Assembly (NCBI GenBank): GCA_002269645.1 | Contig: NIVC01000037.1 | Span: 124,001 to 188,000, forward strand | Length of the DNA stretch: 64,000 nt | Origin: Macrostomum lignano | Taxonomy: Eukaryota | Reading direction: 5' to 3' | Shown: piece after piece, positions 1 to 12,312 of the stretch | Layout: every line of letters begins with the position of its first letter | How positions within the stretch are numbered: position 1 is the first letter of the stretch | Position numbers and translations under genes: made by a program | The notes under the pieces: generated by a model | What the model was told of the DNA's origin: nothing | The model's input: only the letters and a program-made list of their open reading frames with translations | Databases searched by the model: none

Positions 1-1785
1 CTGGCAGGATGATTGGCTGGCCGAAAGCGCCACCGCTGAGTAGGTAAGCCGGCGCCTGTTGCTGGGCAGACGGGGGCCAGAAGGCCGGTGCGGGGGCAGC
101 TCGAACCGGAAGCATCCTCTCAGGGGGAACCGAGTGGCGGTGCTGCTGAGTCAGCTGCGGCTGGAAGGGTGAGAGATGCAGCTGAATGACATTCTAGCTA
201 CAGAGGGGGCGCCAGCTATACAGGGGGCGCCAACTACAGAGGGGGCGCCAACTACAGAGGGGGGCGCCAGCTACAGCTACAGGGGGCACCAGCTACAGGG
301 GAGGGGGCGCCAGCTACAGGGGAGGGAGCGCCAACTACAGAGGGGGCGCCAGCTACAGAGGGTGCCAGCTACAGAGGGGGCGCCAGCTACAGAGCGTGCC
401 AGCTACAGAGGGGACGCCAGCTACAGAGGGGGCGCCAGCTACAGAGGGGGCGCCAGCTACAGAGGGTGCCAGCTACAGAGGGGGCGCCAGCTACAGAGGG
501 TGCCAGCTACAGAGGGGGCGCCAGCTACAGAGCGTGCCAGCTACAGAGGGGACGCCAGCTACAGAGGGGGCGCCAGCTACAGAGGGGGCGCCAGCTACAG
601 AGGGGGCGCCAGCTACAGAGGGGGCGCCAGCTACAGAGGGTGCCAGCTACAGAGGGGGCGCCAGCTACAGAGCGTGCCAGCTACAGAGGGGACGCCAGCT
701 ACAGAGGGGGCGCCAGCTACAGAGGGGGTGCCAGCTACAGAGGGGGCGCCAGCTACAGAGGGGGCCAGCTACAGAGGGTGTCAGCTACAGAGGGTGTCAG
801 CTACAGAGGGGGCGCCAGCTACAGAGGGGGCCAGCTACAGAGGGGGCCAGCTACAGAGGGTGTCAGCTACAGAGGGTGTCAGCTACAGAGGGGGCACCAA
901 TACAATAACTATGATGCGCCAATAAAAAGCTGGAGTTATTCTTACCAGCGAGTCCTCGCTGCGTACTCGCGGCATGACGGATGCGCCACCACGCTGCGGC
1001 GGCGGTTGCGACAGCAGCTTGGTTGGAGTTCTTGGCCGAAGCGGCGGCAGCGGCGGCGATGGTTTCGCCGGCCGGGACTCCGTCGGCCAGGATCGGTTCA
1101 GGCCGGAGCCGCGCTGCGCCGGAGCCAAGGGAGGCAGCAATCGGGGCGGCGGCTTCGCGGGTGGAGGCTGGGGCGGCGGCGGCCGATCAACGCCGCCGTA
1201 GTCGAGGTCCCGCCGGAGGCGGCTCAGCTCGGCTAACTGACCTGGCGTTGCCGGACCGTCGCCACCGTCGCCGTCGCCGTCATCGGCCTCTTCGCCGTCT
1301 GACGATCGAAAGTCGAGATCGATGGCGCCGCGCATGAGCAGCCGGGACTCGCTGGGCTCCGCCATCTGCACCAGGTCCAGCGGTGGCACCCGCTGTCGCT
1401 CCAGGTCGGCGAGGTCACCAGCGATGCGGTCGAGTCGGCGACGTAGCCGACGTTGGTACTGAGCCTCTTGGTGAAGCTCACGCGCCGCGGCCACGGAGTC
1501 GCGGGCGAGGCCGGCGGCCACCTCGGCAGGGCCAAAGACGACAGCGCGCCGCTGCTGGGACGTGAAGGAGGCTGCGGCGGTATCGCTGTCGAGGCTTCGC
1601 TCAAATGGCTGCCACGCGCTGTCGTTTGACCTGTTGACTGTCCAGCTGCTCATAAAGCGATAGTCGAATTCGTCGTCGCTCTGGCCCGGATAATCGACGT
1701 AAACTCGCTGCTCGACATTGTCGAAGCCATAGTCTTCGTAGTCGCTGTAGGCTTCGGCGGAGTCGGGGCGCGGACTTGGCAGCAT
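1..1785 (-). CDS. Uncharacterised acidic/coiled-coil/Pro-rich protein, at least 2 exons, 3' end outside window
   Basis: GC-rich ORF from ATG 1785 (MLPSPRPDSAEAYSDY...) to donor CTG|GTAAG at 946/945 (phase 0). Acceptor CCTTCCAG| at 161 resumes in frame (PQLTQQHRHSVPPERML...) and stays open to base 1. No family motif recognised. The start could be further upstream (ORF open to 1872). Confidence 0.6.
197..898. repeat. ~18-bp minisatellite (GGGGGCGCCAGCTACAGA) filling the intron of the orphan gene
   Basis: Tandem units with 17-bp variants visible directly. Confidence 0.95.
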
Positions 1786-3418
1786 TGAGTCCGCTCGCTT
1801 GAGTTTCGACCTTGGCACGATGAAATATTGACACAATGAAAGCATATTTGTTGAGTAGGAAGGCATAAACATTTTGTTTTCATGAACTATTCTTATTATG
1901 CTTTGTAACTTTATAAGCTATAAAATAGTATCTATAAAACATTGGATTGAGGTGTCAGTATGCTTTTGTTCAGCATAGCCTAATTTTTCTATTAAAGACA
2001 TTCCATGACCATCATCTCTATTTGAATAAACACTAATCAAAATAAAAAAGAAATGCACAAAACAGACAAATTTTGCAGTTCTATCCGCTCATACTAAATT
2101 TCAAGCACCTAAATACAGGCATCTTGAAATATGTTAAACTGAATTTAGAACAAAAAATTCTCTGATGTTTTTAGCAATTGAAATAATTACTATTGCTAGG
2201 ACAAGTGTAAAATAAGCTATGCTATACAAATACAATTTTATGCAGCTAGAATGCCAGCAATACTCTAAAACCTTGCTAGCGTTGTATAGGAAATAATTTA
2301 AGAACATGATAATTCTAGAATGTATAAAATTAAAAAATGTTATAAAGTAGATAGAAAAAAAACTATTTTTAAAACAGTTCAACATACTACATAGCTTTGT
2401 TAATCATTTACTTTTTGAAATAACTAGCAACAATTTAGCTTATCTGTAGATTTATTCATACAGTTTGGTTGCATATATACATGCAACAAACAAACAAGCA
2501 AATTGCAATATTATTAGCCGCGATTAGGCCTTAGGGTACATTATTAAACATTCTTTTCTGTAAACCATTAAGATTTATGGAGAATTGGCTGTAGTGACCT
2601 ACATCCACTCTCTCAGCTCATAGTACAATGCTAGCATAAGATTTACATTATCTGTCATGGCTGATTGACTGCGGTATATTTAATCAGTAAAATATTTGTA
2701 GCTACAATTACAATAGAATGATTTCAAATTGTGACAAACGAACAAATTCGATTAAATCTTGCCCCGTTGCGAGTCCAAACAAATACCTAAATTAGCAGCT
2801 TTTCAGACTTTTGCATACAGCATAAAATAGTGAGTGAGCAGAAATGTTTAATATGTCATTTTCAGTAAATGACTTAAAAACATTTAGTACTAATTAAATA
2901 AGCTTTGCTATACTTAGCTAAATACGTTAATTTTTAACGTGTTTTTTGCATTGCACTGCATGTAGACAATATCAGCTAAACACAAGGACCTTGAATAAAC
3001 ATACATTAAATTTGATAAAAATTGTTATGTCAAGCATTGCTTTTGTCGGGCTAAGTAAAACAGTGGTAAATGCAAAACCGGCTCATTTACTTCTATATAT
3101 ATCGCCTAGTTTTTTCATCCCTTTCGGGGCAAGCAGGCTATGTCGAACGATTCAGTCCAAATGGAACGAAAAGCAAAAATAAAAAAACGCGCGCTCAGCC
3201 GGTAACAGTACGTTAGAATTTCCCCTCTCCTAAATGCATTTTTGGTGCATTATTTCTGATTAATTAATAATTATTTGTTATTTTTGATAACAGCGATAGA
3301 TCGCTATTTAAAAAAGTAAGCATTTTCTTGCAGATGTAGCCGTACGTTACTTACGAGTAAAGCTATACATGTATGTAGATCTTAATTGATTCTTGAAAAT
3401 GTAAACATTTGATACCTT

Positions 3419-3538
3419 CAGGGCGCCAAAATGAGTGCCCGTGGCGCCAAAATACAGTACATGTATAACAAACAAAGATTCCCAAAATAATATAGGAATT
3501 TCCCTTCCCCATCATAAAATCCCATGGCGACACCCGTG
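3419..3538 (+). mobile_element. Relic (right end) of the hAT-type MITE family seen intact at 50124-51347
   Basis: GGCGCCAAAATGAGTGCCCGTGGCGCCAAAAT matches the MITE internal unit. CCCCATCATAAAATCCCATGGCGACACCCGTG matches the MITE right terminus CCCCACCATAAAATCCATGGCGACGCCCCTG. No intact left TIR seen. Confidence 0.7.
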
Positions 3539-3968
3539 CATAGGCCAAATATAATACTTAGTCGTTTTTTGAATGGAGCATGGCGCATATCCATGTTCTT
3601 TAAATCCTAAAGTGAATGTACGTTCGATGATTGATCATCTCTGAATTTCATATTATTTTTATGCGGGTAATTTTGAACAGAGCTGCAACGCTTTTTTATA
3701 CTGTAAGACAAGGTACATGTACATGTACATAAAAATTAAATTTCATCTACTTGGATAGCAGTTGATGTATTAAGAATCTACATGTATTGCCTCATAATAT
3801 TGACTGTTCGGACAGTCGCTCAAAAAAAGTACAAATCATGAGCGGCGGTCAGAGAAATCCATTTATTTAAGTTTGCATACGGTGTGCAAATACGGTACAT
3901 CAACTAAAACAGGTTTAGTTGGAAATAAAATGCATTAAACTGTACATCAAAGGAATAAACTGCCGCAT

Positions 3969-4994
3969 TTATTTCAGCGCAATCCAGCACAGACCACCGG
4001 CGGAACCGCTAGCCAGTTCATCTTTATAGAGATCGGGAATCAGGCCGTCCTCGGCTGACTGAACCATCTTGACGGACTGTTCGCCTCGCCTCGACAGCTC
4101 GAAGGTGCACAACTGTCGCCAGAAGCCGGCATTCGGCCGGATGAACGGCCGCCGACGCTTGCAGACAGAGTGCGCCTCGCGCAGGCTTAGGCCCGCGTGC
4201 TTGACCAGGTAGGCCAGCACTAGGGTGGCCGAGCGCGACACCCCGGCTTTGCAGTAGACCAGAACGCGACGGCCGTTCAACGCCTCCGAGTTGATTCGAT
4301 CGGCCACTGCGTCAAAGTGCTGCCCAATGTCAGCTTGAGGATTGTCGTCCACCGAGATCTGCGAATTGAAAGCGGATTTTTTGTCTGTAATCCTTCCTGT
4401 ATTCCTGTAGCAGGGTGAATTGCAGCTCAGGTTATTCAGCTACGTACTCATGGTCAACTCTGACGTCTCCTGTTTGTATTTTTTAGTGGTAACCACTAAC
4501 TTTTTAGGTGGTTTTGATTGATTGAAGAGATGAACAATTCTAGTGACTACCACCGCAGAGCTACGCTTCCTTCGGTAGACTAACTCGCAGTTCTACCCTT
4601 CCTTCGGTAGACTACCACCGCAGATCTACTCTTCCTTCAGTAGACTACCACTGCAGTTCTACCCTTCTTTCAGTGGACCACCACTGCAGTTCTTACCCTA
4701 ACTTCAGTAGACTACCACTGCAGTTCTACCCTAACTTCAGTAGACCAACTACGCCTCTAAGTCAATAAGATCTTGACACCTCTTACTTACAGGAAATGAT
4801 TCTGTCAGTTTTAAATGGACTGGTGGCTCCAAGGTAGCACTGATAACCAAATCAAATCTCATTTCATCAATTCGAGGGTCCTGTAGAGGTTGAGCACTGC
4901 TCAGAAAGACGTGCTCAGTTATCTGGGCCACCTGGCCAAAGTGGCTACCAATTAGTGGACGATTAGATTCATGAGACATATTTTCACAATGCAT
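3969..4994 (-). CDS. Atypical dual-specificity protein phosphatase (DUSP14/18/21-like), 2 exons, ~197 aa
   Basis: Exons 4994-4791 (donor GTAAGT, phase 0) and 4358-3969 (acceptor TTCGCAG). The join gives ...QITEHVFLSS...ESFP|ISVDDNPQADIGQHFDAVADRI...VLVYCKAGVSRSATLVLAYL...RPFIRPNAGFWRQL, containing the DSP signature Cx5R and the IRPNxGF motif. Confidence 0.92.
4545..4752. repeat. 33-bp degenerate minisatellite (~6 copies) in the DUSP intron
   Basis: GACTACCACYGCAGTTCTACCCTTCCTTCRGTA with period 33 (4545, 4578...). Confidence 0.85.
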
Positions 4995-6855
4995 GAAAAG
5001 TGTGCACTTGTTTTTTATTTGCTCAATCAGATTTAACTATGATAACAATTATAATTTATTCAAGCTATCATTAAAATGGACAGATAGTAGTCTAAAATAG
5101 CATAGCATACAATATTGATAATATTGGTCACTAAGATTAATAAAAATCTGACTATATAATGTTTTATTAAGCATTGTGAAATTGGCTGATTGACATAATG
5201 AAAATGGTTAATAATTCAGGTATATTCAACCTAAGCTCAACCCAAGGACTTAAATTAGTGAGCTTAAATTTTAAATGACCACCTTACTTAAATTTTTCAT
5301 TTTAGCCATTCCAATTTTTCTGACATTAGTTATAAACTTCACATAGAAGACAATTTACTTTTTATCTACTGATCCTTCTATTGAATACATACAAATTACA
5401 TTAATTACACATTTACTTTAAATTGAAACTAGATATAAAAAACTTTTTATTTAAAATATAACAAGTTTGGCTTAAAGATGAGGTTTAGCTCAACTTTTTA
5501 TTTTGCAAAAAGTCACCATGCAACAAGAAATTTAAACAGGTCTACTCACTGTATATATAGAGAGTATATGAATCAAATTCATATATAAAGCTTTAGAGTC
5601 CCCGCACTAGCACTTATAAAAACCAAGCAAAACTTGAAATAAATACCAAAGTGTACATAGATTCATGGCCCTGAACTACAATAGTTTTTTATAAATCAAA
5701 TGATTCATTCAAAAACAATTTTTTTCTCATGTAAATATAAAAAAGAACATTTTATTTCCATATCTGCTATGTTACCTAACCTAAATAACGAATCATAGTA
5801 AATACTATCGTCGTCTATACTCAGAACATACTAAATAAATATACTACATTTTCGCATAGATAGGACTTGTTGTTGTCTGCGTAAGCTGTGCACGAAAACT
5901 TTTAAAAATTCAAATAAGGAAAACTCAAATTCGAGCTTGACAGGTGAGCAGAAAAATTAAAACCATGCTATATTCAGATTTATAGGATTTAAAGCCTAAA
6001 CCAGAAATGAATATGTTGATCTTTTTCCCTACAGCTTTGCATATTAGTAAAGAAAATCAAACTACTGTTCGTTATACTGGCTATTGTACATTCGCGAAAA
6101 TATAAAGTTGACATTTTCAGCGAAACAGTGCTTGTTGCAAGGCTGGCTAGAGGGCTTTAAAAAGTTAATGATTTCTCTAATTTCCATTAGGCGTGCTAGT
6201 CAATGGCTTTAAATTGTAGCTTAATTTTAAATTAGTTTTAGTCTTGCATTTTTTTACTGAATAATATTGTTTTTTACATAAATAACCACTCATAGAACAA
6301 CTTTTTAAGCTACACTACACTTTATAGTTTAACTACACTTATAGTTTATCTAATTTACTACTTCGTAGTTTTATTACTATTTAAGAATTTATTACTACTT
6401 GATGTACTTCAAAGTACCATACTTCAAAGTACAAAACTTAGTTTTGTAGATGAATAGATAAAAATTTGTTATTAACTTATCATATCAAAATATTCATGTT
6501 TTTGATTTACTATCTTTGCTAAATGTTAAGTGGTATACATTTATTTTATAAAGCAATAGAAATTTATAAGGCTCCATGAGTCAAAGATTGCTAAAATCGA
6601 TAAAAAATTGGTTTAGACCCGTTTAAAAATTGACTTGAGTGATATTTGACCAGTATACCTACTGGTAGTAATGAGAACCAGCTTTTGATGTGTTTGTTTG
6701 CACCGAACTACAGTCTTTTAAAGTCTATCTAATTTCTAATAGGAATTGATAGTCCGATTATTACTATCACTCACTGCATCGCTTCAGCAGAGCTTTTAGT
6801 CACAAGTGAGATTCACATTGTAACAAAACAAGGCTTGTTAAGTGGCACGATTGCC

Positions 6856-8188
6856 ATGCCAAGCTGGCAGTCCTGGTGGCGCTCCTACCGCTACAGATTT
6901 GTGCCTTGGCTTGTCCGCACTGCTGGGCGCCAGTCATCCGAAGCATCTGAGCAGCTGCCAGGAGATGTTGGGTCATCAAGCGATTCACATTTCCGTCGTC
7001 TGCTAGCCAGTGACAGCGACCTGCCAACAGCCAAGCTGGCTGGGTTCAGTTCCGAGTCTGAACTACACGCCCACCTGTGCGACCAGATGACTCGCTATCT
7101 TCGCTGTCTGGTTAACAATGGCAACAGTTGCCATGGCAACGATTGTCTAAGTCGACTTTTCGGCTACCGGCTGGGTCTCGGTCCCAGCAGCCTGCCAGGA
7201 GGTGCCGGGCTCGGCGTCTTCTTGGTTGAGGGTCGCGCCGGTCCGGGATCACTGGTAAGGGGTATATTTATTATTTGAAATACCATGAAATTTAAAAAAA
7301 TTATGTCGTGACTATACTACTCATGATGAGAGAAGTAGTAAGTCGACAATATAATCTTTTAAGAATTAAGTATTGAATGAATGGAAAGGATTTCATTCAT
7401 GTGTATAAACAGTTCCATATTGTTACGTGCTTTGGAATCAGGTGTCCTTGTTGAAATGACTGATGTCTGACAAAGTGCACAATAAAAAGGTCAATCCCTA
7501 AGGCCTTACGAGAAGTTACGACATCGAGTGTGTGACATGTGAAAGTCATCCTGGCGATGCGAAGAAAGCCAGGGCTGCTGTACACCCTTTGTGAGTGTGA
7601 GCGTGCGAATGAGTGCGTGCCTGCGTACCAGTATTGGCGCCAATAATTCCCCCCTCTGTCTGTCTCTTGCCCCCCCCCCAGCTCGGCCTGTATCCAGGCA
7701 CGATCTACTGCCAGGGCGATCCAGCCCTGATCGTCTCCATTGGCAACCAGTTCATTCTGAGGCGGGCCGACGGCATCCTGGTTGACGCTGGCGACTCCTG
7801 GCTGGGCCGGTCCGTGTTCCGGTCCTGCGCCGGCCGCGACCGCCTCATCGGCTGGGAGCCGGCCGGGTCCGCCTGGCTCAGTGCTCGGCGCGTTCGGCCA
7901 GCGACTATGCCTAACAACGCCTTAGCAACAGGGCATATTGTTAACAATGAGACTGGCGAAGATCGGCCAGCAAATGTCCGCTACCGGGAGCTCGCCTGGC
8001 CGGTGCCGGCCGGACACGAGGGTGTCCGGATGCTGGCCAGCCTGCCGTGCGCCTTCTACAGTGCCGAGGCCTGCAGGCGGTGGACAGTCGGCGCAGGCCT
8101 GGTGCCGCTGGTGGCTCTGGTGGCTTGCCGGGACGTCAAAGCTGGGGAGGAGCTGCTGTCTGCCTATGTGTCACTGGCTACTGGCTGA
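6856..8188 (+). CDS. SETD9: SET domain-containing protein 9, 2 exons, ~301 aa
   Basis: Exons 6856-7254 (CTG|GTAAGG) and 7682-8188 (CCCCCAG|), phase 0. Motifs WRSYRYRFVPW, GAGLGVF, LYPGTIY...SIGNQFILRRADGILVD, RSCAGRDRL, NALATGHIVNN and RDVKAGEELLSAY match the SETD9 family. Confidence 0.92.
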
Positions 8189-9146
8189 CTGTGTCACTGG
8201 CTACTGGCTGACTGTCACTGGCTACTGGCTGACTGTGTCACTGGCTACTGGCTGACTGTCACTGGCTACTGGCTGACTGTGTCACTGGCTACTGGCTGAC
8301 TGTCACTGGCTACTGGCTGACTGTGTGTCACTGGCTGACTGTGTGTCACTGGCTGACTGTGTGTCACTGGCTGACTGTGTGTCACTGGCTGACTGTGTGT
8401 CACTGGCTGACTGTGTGTCACTGGCTGACTGTGTGTCACTGGCTGACTGTGTGTCACTGGCTGACTGTGTGTCACTGGCTGACTGTGTGTCACTGGCTGA
8501 CTGTGTGTCACTGGCTGACTGTGTGTCACTGGCTGACTGTGTGTCACTGGCTGACTGTGTGTCACTGGCTGACTGTGTGTCACTGGCTGACTGTGTGTCA
8601 CTGGCTGACTGTGTGTCACTGGCTGACTGTGTGTCACTGGCTGACTGTGTGTCACTGGCTGACTGTGTGTCACTGGCTGACTGTGTGTCACTGGCTGACT
8701 GTGTGTCACTGGCTGACTGTGTGTCACTGGCTGACTGTGTGTCACTGGCTGACTGTGTGTCACTGGCTGACTGTGTGTCACTGGCTGACTGTGTGTCACT
8801 GGCTGACTGTGTCACTGGCTACTGGCTGACTGTGTGTCACTGGTTACTGGCTGACTGTGCGTCACTGGCTACTGGCTGACTGTGCGTCACTGGCTACTGG
8901 CTGACTGTGTCACTGGCTACTGGCTGACTGTGTCACTGGCTACTGGCTGACTGTGTGTCACTGGTTACTGGCTGACTGTGCGTCACTGGCTACTGGCTGA
9001 CTGTGCGTCACTGGCTACTGGCTGACTGTGTATCACTGGTTACTGGCTGACTGTGCGTCACTGGCTACTGGCTGAGTGTGCGTCACTGGCTACTGGCTGA
9101 CTGTGCGTCACTGACTGTGTGTCACTGGCTGTGTGTCACTGGCTAT
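8168..9146. repeat. 16/23-bp minisatellite (GTGTCACTGGCT[ACTGGCT]GACTGT) starting inside the SETD9 CDS
   Basis: The first unit is the last SETD9 codons plus the stop. It has a homogeneous 16-bp core (~8325-8810) with 21-25-bp variants at both edges. Confidence 0.95.
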
Positions 9147-10012
9147 CTATCACCAAAGCATTTACTATTCACAACCAGTTGCTCAAAATTTTTATGCCAA
9201 TCAAGCCTCTCTTAAATACATTTTAGCTGTTAAAAATACCTGTTAATCTCTTCTGTCAATTGTAAATAGACTTAAAAAAGGCAGTTGTCAATTATCGAAA
9301 TCATAAAGTTTTGTTGCTTTGAAAAAACATCATAGTAATTTCAGCCACGTTTTTTGGCACAGCCAGTTTTGATTTCAGTTTTCCGAAGAAGCCAGTTGAC
9401 AGTTACAAGTTTAAAAAAAGAGCGCACACTGGGGAATCTCAGCAACGCACAAAACAACTCGGTAATTTCTCTTGTCCTACATCTGACCCAGCGCACTGCT
9501 CTGTTGCCAGCCGGCTCTGTTAAGTTTCTGCTTGCGCAAGCAGAGCCCTGCATGCAGTTCTATGCATTTGTAGCGAGCCAGGCGAACATTGCCCCGTGTC
9601 TTGCTGCTACATAGGCAGCTAGAGGGTTGCACGATCTGCTTTTGTATGCAATCCTTCAGGATCAGTTGTTTCCAATCGGAGAGACAAAACCTAGGGGTGC
9701 AAATTGTAGCCATTTTTTATCTGTGGAAAAATGTTTTGCTGTCTGCTGAATTGCTTGCCCCGCAATTGAGGCGCGCGTCAGTTGTGGAAATCTCTGAGTT
9801 CCGTGGGAACTGGGATTGGCTGCATTGACTGCGACATGAACCAGGCTTGCAACTGGTCTGAATAATAATTTGGAAACATTTTGGAAATTAAACATCACCA
9901 ACCACCAAAATTCTTCCTCACAGTTATATTTGGTATATTAAATTCATCCAAATACAGCTCGGAAATAGCATACTCTCCAGTGATATAAACATTTTAGGTT
10001 GCTATGAGCAAG

Positions 10013-11928
10013 CTATCAAACCCCAGCTATCAAACCCCAGCTATCAAAGCCCAGCTATCAAACCCCAGCTATCAAAGCCCAGCTGTCAAAGCCCAGCTAT
10101 CAAACCCCAGCTATCAAAGCCCAGCTATCAAACCCCAGCTATCAAAGCCCAGCTATCAAACCCCAGCTATCAAACCCCAGCTATCAAACCCCAGCTATCA
10201 AATCCCAGCTTCCCAGCTATCAAACCCCAGCTATCAAACCCCAGCTATCAAACCCCAGCTATCAAAGCCCAGCTATCAAAGCCCAGCTATCAAAGCCCAG
10301 CTATCAAACCCCAGCTATCAAAGCCCAGCTATCAAAGCCCAGCTATCAAAGCCCAGCTATCAAACCCCAGCTATCAAAGCCCAGCTATCAAACCCCAGCT
10401 ATCAAAGCCCAGCTATCAAACCCCAGCTATCAAACCCCAGCTATCAAACCCCAGCTATCAAATCCCAGCTTCCCAGCTATCAAACCCCAGCTATCAAAGC
10501 CCAGCTATCAAAGCCCAGCTATCAAAGCCCAGCTATCAAAGCCCAGCTATCAAACCCCAGCTATCAAACCCCAGCTATCAAAGCCCAGCTATCAAACCCC
10601 AGCTATCAAACCCCAGCTATCAAAGCCCAGCTATCAAAGCCCAGCTATCAAAGCCCAGCTATCAAACCCCGGCTATCAAACCCCAGCTATCTAACCCCAG
10701 CTATCAAACCCCAGCTATCAAATCCCAGCTTCCCAGCTATCAAACCCCAGCTATCAAACCCCAGCTATCAAAGCCCAGCTATCAAAGCCCAGCTATCAAA
10801 GCCCAGCTATCAAACCCCGGCTATCAAACCCCAGCTATCAAAGCCCAGCTATCAAAGCCCAGCTATCAAAGCCCAGCTATCAAATCCCAGCTTCCCAGCT
10901 ATCAAACCCCAGCTATCAAAGCCCAGCTATTAAAGCCCAGCTATCAAACCCCAGCTATCAAAGCCCAGCTATCAAACCCCAGCTATCAAAGCCCAGCTAT
11001 CAAACCCCAGCTATCAAAGCCCAGCTATCAAAGCCCAGCTATCGAACCCCAGCTATCAAATCCCAGCTATCAAACCCCAGCTATCAAACCCCAGCTATCA
11101 AACCCCAGCTATCAAACCCCAGCTATCAAACCCCAGCTATCAAACTCCTCAGCTATCAAACCCCAGCTATCAAAGCCCAGCTATCAAAGCCCAGCTATCA
11201 AAGCCCAGCTATCAAAGTCCAGCTATCAAACCCCAGCTATCAAACCCCAGCTATCAAAGCCCAGCTATCAAAGCCCAGCTATCAAATCCCAGCTTCCCAG
11301 CTATCAAAGCCCAGCTATCAAAGCCCAGCTATTAAAGCCCAGCTATCAAACCCCAGCTATCAAACCCCAGCTATCAAACCCCAGCTATCAAAGCCCAGCT
11401 ATCAAAGCCCAGCTATCAAACCCCAGCTATCAAAGCCCAGCTATCGAACCCCAGCTATCAAATCCCAGCTATCAAACCCCAGCTATCAAACCCCAGCTAT
11501 CAAACCCCAGCTATCAAACCCCAGCTATCAAACCCCAGCTATCAAAGCCCAGCTATCAAAGCCCAGCTATCAAAGCCCAGCTATCAAAGCCCAGCTATCA
11601 AACCCCGGCTATCAAACCCCAGCTATCAAACCCCAGCTATCAAATCCCAGCTATCAAATCCTAGCTATCAAATCCCAGCTATCAAATCCCAGCTATCAAA
11701 CCCCAGCTATCAAACCCCAGCTATCAAACCCCAGCTATCAAACCCCAGCTATCAAACCCCAGCTATCAAACCCCAGCTATCAAACCCCAGCTATCAAACC
11801 CCAGCTATCAAACCCCAGCTATCAAACCCCAGCTATCAAACCCCAGCTATCAAACTCCTCAGCTATCAAACCCCCGCTATCAAACCCCAGCTATCAAACC
11901 CCAGCTATCAAACCCCAGCCATCAAACT
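10013..11928. repeat. 13/14-bp minisatellite (CCAGCTATCAAAGC / CCAGCTATCAAACCC), ~1.9 kb, between convergent SETD9 and LRR genes
   Basis: Tandem units visible directly. The variant CAGCTTCCC recurs at 10206, 10466 and 10726. Confidence 0.97.
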
Positions 11929-12312
11929 CTGCTTTTAGCCTAACCAAACTCACAAGCAACATACTTTTTTTTGCAATTTAATTGTAAAGCCATGAAAATT
12001 GTATTCATACTTTTGCTAGCAATTTATTATGCGGGCGCAACCGTATAAATATGATTTAAAATTTTGATATGGCATTTTATTCTTGATTAAAAAATGGTAT
12101 TTGCAATGGTGACAGAATGAAACAGATTTTTACAGCAAGCTTGACAGCTCATAGACAAATCGAATTATAAAACATTTCACAGCCAGTAATTCAGTGCTTC
12201 AATTGTTCTGAGACATAATTTATAAAATTGAAAATTCCTAACCCAATTCAATTTGAATTTGTAAGCAATTGGATTAACAAAACATGAGCTTTGGTGCGGG
12301 GCTTCTGAACCC

